This document shows, piece by piece, positions 60,634 to 64,000 of a stretch of DNA of 64,000 bases; the first letter of the stretch is position 1, and each line of letters begins with the position of its first letter. The stretch is from Leucoraja ocellata (lineage: Eukaryota), in NCBI GenBank assembly GCA_036785375.1, contig JAWMAR010000148.1, positions 3,162,001 through 3,226,000 of the forward strand, in the 5' to 3' direction. The notes beneath the pieces are model-generated. The model worked only from the letters and a program-made list of their open reading frames with translations. It did no database searches and had not been told where the DNA came from. Made by a program: the position numbers and the translations under genes.

Positions 60634-62678
60634 GTGAGTGCTTAAATGAGATATAGCCAATTCTGTTTCTCAGACCTTGCATACCTTCTGCCCAAAGACC
60701 AAATAGAACTAAAAATAAATGACAATATGTTTAAAGAAATCATTTGTTCTTTATCACAAGTTAACAATGCATATGTACCTTCATGCAGGGCTTTGTAATC
60801 TGCAGCCCCAGAAATCAGAACACTATATTGGCATAAAATTGAGATAATTGGGCCCTGTTTATGAGATCTGATCTTAGATCCTTGAAACTAGCATCAGAAT
60901 CCACTGTGCATTTTGATGAATCAAACCGCTCCAGAAGTAATATTGGTGGTTCATTTAGTTGTTACCTCCTCTGCTTTTGGAACTCCCCTGAGATCAAGGA
61001 TGATTTGTTTCCAGTCCAGTTCTGAGCCTTATGTGAGAACTGTCCACCAATGCAAAGCATGCATGATGGAGAGTGATGTGTTACTTTCATCATTTTCACT
61101 GGGCCTGTATGTACTCATGTATCCTTCGTCGGACTGATTGTGGTCTGAGGCCAGAAGGGAAGAGGAGCAATGAAAGCTGGAGGCAAGGAAGGGCAGGACA
61201 AAGCCTGGCAAATAATAGGTGGATACAGGTGAGGTGAGGGGGGGACTATGGGTCCAAAGTTATTCATAAGCCACACTAGGTAAGGGCAGTTCATTTCCTT
61301 CCCTAGTGATAATTAGGTAGTTCCTTGTTACAGTTAGTGATGGTATATTTTGATTCCAGGTTATTTATTAGACTAAATCCAAATTAAACCCACTCTCTGC
61401 CAAATTCCACACATCGTCATTGGCAATGAAAAATTCTGCCTGGCTTCTTCCAGTGTGCAGCTGGAGATGTTTTACAATATTTCATCAGATTAAGATATGC
61501 TATCATTTTGTTTATTCAAAGGGACCGAAACTGTGTTTTATTCTTGCCAAAAACCAGCAGGCACCAAGAGAACAAAGCTGTACATGAATTGCAGGCTTCC
61601 TCTTGGTGTCTGTACATTGTACATAAATGCACTGCACCTCAATTCCATAAAGGAACAAAATAGACTTATTGTCCTCCTGTGCTTAACTGGTATCTAACCA
61701 AAGGCAAACTTTTATGCACCTAGAACCTGAGTGATAATGTCCACCTTTGGCATTAGTATGCTGTAACAGCAGCATTGACAATCACACACACCTAAAGTTG
61801 ATTACTGGCCAGCAAAGACTATCCATTGACAGTATGGTCACGCATACAACACTATACAATGAAGACCATGCTGTACAAAATGCTAACATGCTGAAACAAT
61901 ACCCACATAGGCTTTGGGGGAACTGTGTATTGTTCTGTAGAGCAAGTTTCAAGATATTGGTGACTTTCTGCAAGCTAATTAAACATTATCCCCTCCACAT
62001 CTACCTTGGCAGGTCTCTTTGGGATCTCGTGTTTCAATCAAGTCCGCTCTCACTTTCCTAAACTAAACAAAAATATATAGCCTTTCCTTGTATGTCAACC
62101 TGCGTATTCCAGGTCTCAAGCTGTTAAACCTCCTCTGAACTGCAAACAACAAACCAACATTTTTATGTTATTAAAGAGACTAATGAAGTACATAGTATTC
62201 CAAATGAGGTCTTACCAATGTTCTGTCTAATTGAAGCATCCCTCCCTATTTTTTGTATTCGATTGAGCATTAAACAACTGCTTTCTAATAGCTTTGTGAA
62301 TTAGCTGCTTCACCTGCTTACATCTGTAAATGCAGAATCAAAGGCAACTGATATGAGATTACACACTGATGACATTTACATGATGCATTTCTAATTCTGA
62401 ATCCTAGTTTCAGAATCCCTTTGCATTCAAGCTGACAAAAGGCAGGGCATGACATTTGTACTCTATACTAATCCAATTAATTATTAACGAGTATCAAATC
62501 CTTTGAAACAAGAGGTTGAGGCAGTCATTTATTTTGAACTTAAAGGAATGCAATTTTTTATTATGAATGAAAAGAAAAATGAGTTGCTCACTAATTTATT
62601 GTAGGCAAAAATAATGTATTTATATATGTTTGTACTTGGCCTCTGAACTGACAACTTCCTCCGTTTCGTACCAATCAG

Positions 62679-62806
62679 ATCTCACAGGTGCACAAGATGG
62701 AAGTGTCCGAATGTTTGAATGGAATCGGCCACAGCAGGTCATATGTTTCCGGCAAGCTGGAAATGCCAGGGTTACCCGACTTTATTTTAATATCCAAGGC
62801 AATAAG
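62679..62806 (+). CDS. DMXL2: DMXL2 coding exon (YLTGAQDGSVRMFEW...FNIQGNK), C-terminal WD40
   Basis: cag| ... aag|gttagt; 128 nt. Confidence 0.95.
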
Positions 62807-63154
62807 GTTAGTACTTACTGTACGTTTATTATTGTTGCACACTCGGGGGTTGTCTTCCGGAAATGATAGAATTTTCTCACCCATTTAACTCAATTCCATT
62901 TTTGAGAAATGTTTTGAAAATTATTGGAATGAAAATGCAAAATATTTATCCAAGCGTGACCCGTTTTATTACAAAATGGATGTTCCATTGTTATTGTGAT
63001 TAAAGAACCAAATAAAAATGAACATTAGAAGCAACCGACACTCAAACGTTTAGTATTGATGACTACAGTTCAATTTCTCCCCCAGTGAAAAGTGTATGAC
63101 TGTTTCAGAAGGAATGCATCTGTTCAAAGAAACAGATAGCACATTTAAATGTAT

Positions 63155-63362
63155 TTATAGGTGACTCCCTTAAAAATGTTATATGTTTCTATAAGATCTC
63201 CTCTCATCCTTCTAAATTCCAGTGAATACAACCCCAGGTGATCCATTCTTTCGTCATATGTCAACCCCGCCATCCCGGAAATTAATCTGGTGAACCTAGG
63301 CTGTACTCCCTCAATAGCAAGGATGTCCTTCCTCAAATTAGGTGCACAATACTTCAGGTGTG
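63155..63362 (-). mobile_element. CR1 LINE fragment
   Basis: ORF 63145..63378: LRKDILAIEGVQPRFTRLISGM...LGLYSLEFRRMRGDLIETY. Confidence 0.85.
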
Positions 63363-63545
63363 GTTCCTTCCTACACATTGCGCTTTAAGCCAGCTCCCAG
63401 TAGAAGACCAGACAGCGTGGTTCAAGGGCAAGCATTGCTGGGACATAGGAACACCTCCCCCAGTATTCATCACTCTTTAACAATAGTTTCGGAAAGGTTT
63501 GGCTAAAATATAACCTTTACAGATGTCTTTTTTTAAATTCTGTAG

Positions 63546-63623
63546 TTGGGAGTAGCAGACGGAGAAGGTTATCTCAGCCTTTGGCAAGTCAACCAGACTG
63601 GATCTAACCCCAAACCTTATCTT
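63546..63623 (+). CDS. DMXL2: DMXL2 coding exon (LGVADGEGYLSLWQVNQTGSNPKPYL)
   Basis: tag| ... ctt|gtaagt; 78 nt. Confidence 0.94.
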
Positions 63624-64000
63624 GTAAGTTATAGAAATCATCTTGTAACTTGTTAATAACGTCTACTGATATTTTAGGTTTGCCGAATAAATAATTTTCT
63701 CTTGGACTTTATAACAATGCAAAAAATTAGTTCAATGTTTCTTTATCCATTGTAAAGTTGTAGACGTGCTCAGTTTAGAGAAAGAATTGTCTTTCTTCTA
63801 AATATTGAATGCTTCAAATATAGTATTTCAGTTCTTGCAGTAATTGTAAAACAATGAACCATTACTTCAAAAAACAAAGCGAATGATTCTGTTTGGAATG
63901 CTGTGCTGTTACAGGTTTTATTTAATTCAGATTCAATTTTAATTGTCATTGTCAGTGTACAGTACAGAGACAACGAAATGCATTTAGCATCTCCCTGGAA

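Larger units (their letters stand above)
1742..63623 (+). other. DMXL2: DMXL2 / rabconnectin-3 alpha gene body, partial (37 internal coding exons; both ends outside window)
   Basis: Exon peptides match DMXL2 as I recall it (LAHPRAVTGFSWRKTSKYMPR, SHKFRYCGHRFHLNDLACHS, TLPQYHPTQLLELMDLGKVRRAKAILSHLVKCIAGE, LTGAQDGSVRMFEW). Splice phases join into 2724 codons. Segments such as GSVLDSRVSVDSNLFVY favour DMXL2 over the paralogue DMXL1. Confidence 0.96.

Noticed and set aside
1-64000. CRISPR arrays, operons, defence systems, rRNA genes
   Set aside because: No regularly spaced repeat-spacer structure or prokaryotic gene organisation; the recurring sequences are dispersed, decayed vertebrate transposons.

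Overview
This is vertebrate genomic DNA, not prokaryotic. The repeat content (HE1-type V-SINEs, CR1, Rex1, Penelope-like elements) points to a cartilaginous fish, probably a skate or ray. The whole window lies inside one + strand gene, DMXL2 (rabconnectin-3 alpha, a WD40/Rav1-family V-ATPase assembly scaffold). I traced 37 internal coding exons from 1742 to 63623 whose GT/AG phases join into one frame of 8172 nt (2724 codons); the start and stop codons lie outside the window. Human comparisons use my recollection of human DMXL2/DMXL1 and need checking by alignment. Introns carry decayed retroelements and MITEs, many with readable target-site duplications (TSDs). I found no multi-gene novel system. 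The best leads are: (1) a family of short, often palindromic Penelope-derived inserts carrying a minimal hammerhead-ribozyme core; (2) two exons whose apparently orthologous AG acceptor reads AA (27144-27145) or TG (31112-31113); (3) a 66-nt cassette exon with NOVA/RBFOX/UG-rich motifs; (4) an unexplained ~175-nt direct repeat flanking one exon; (5) an intact 864-bp DNA element with an apparent 7-bp TSD.
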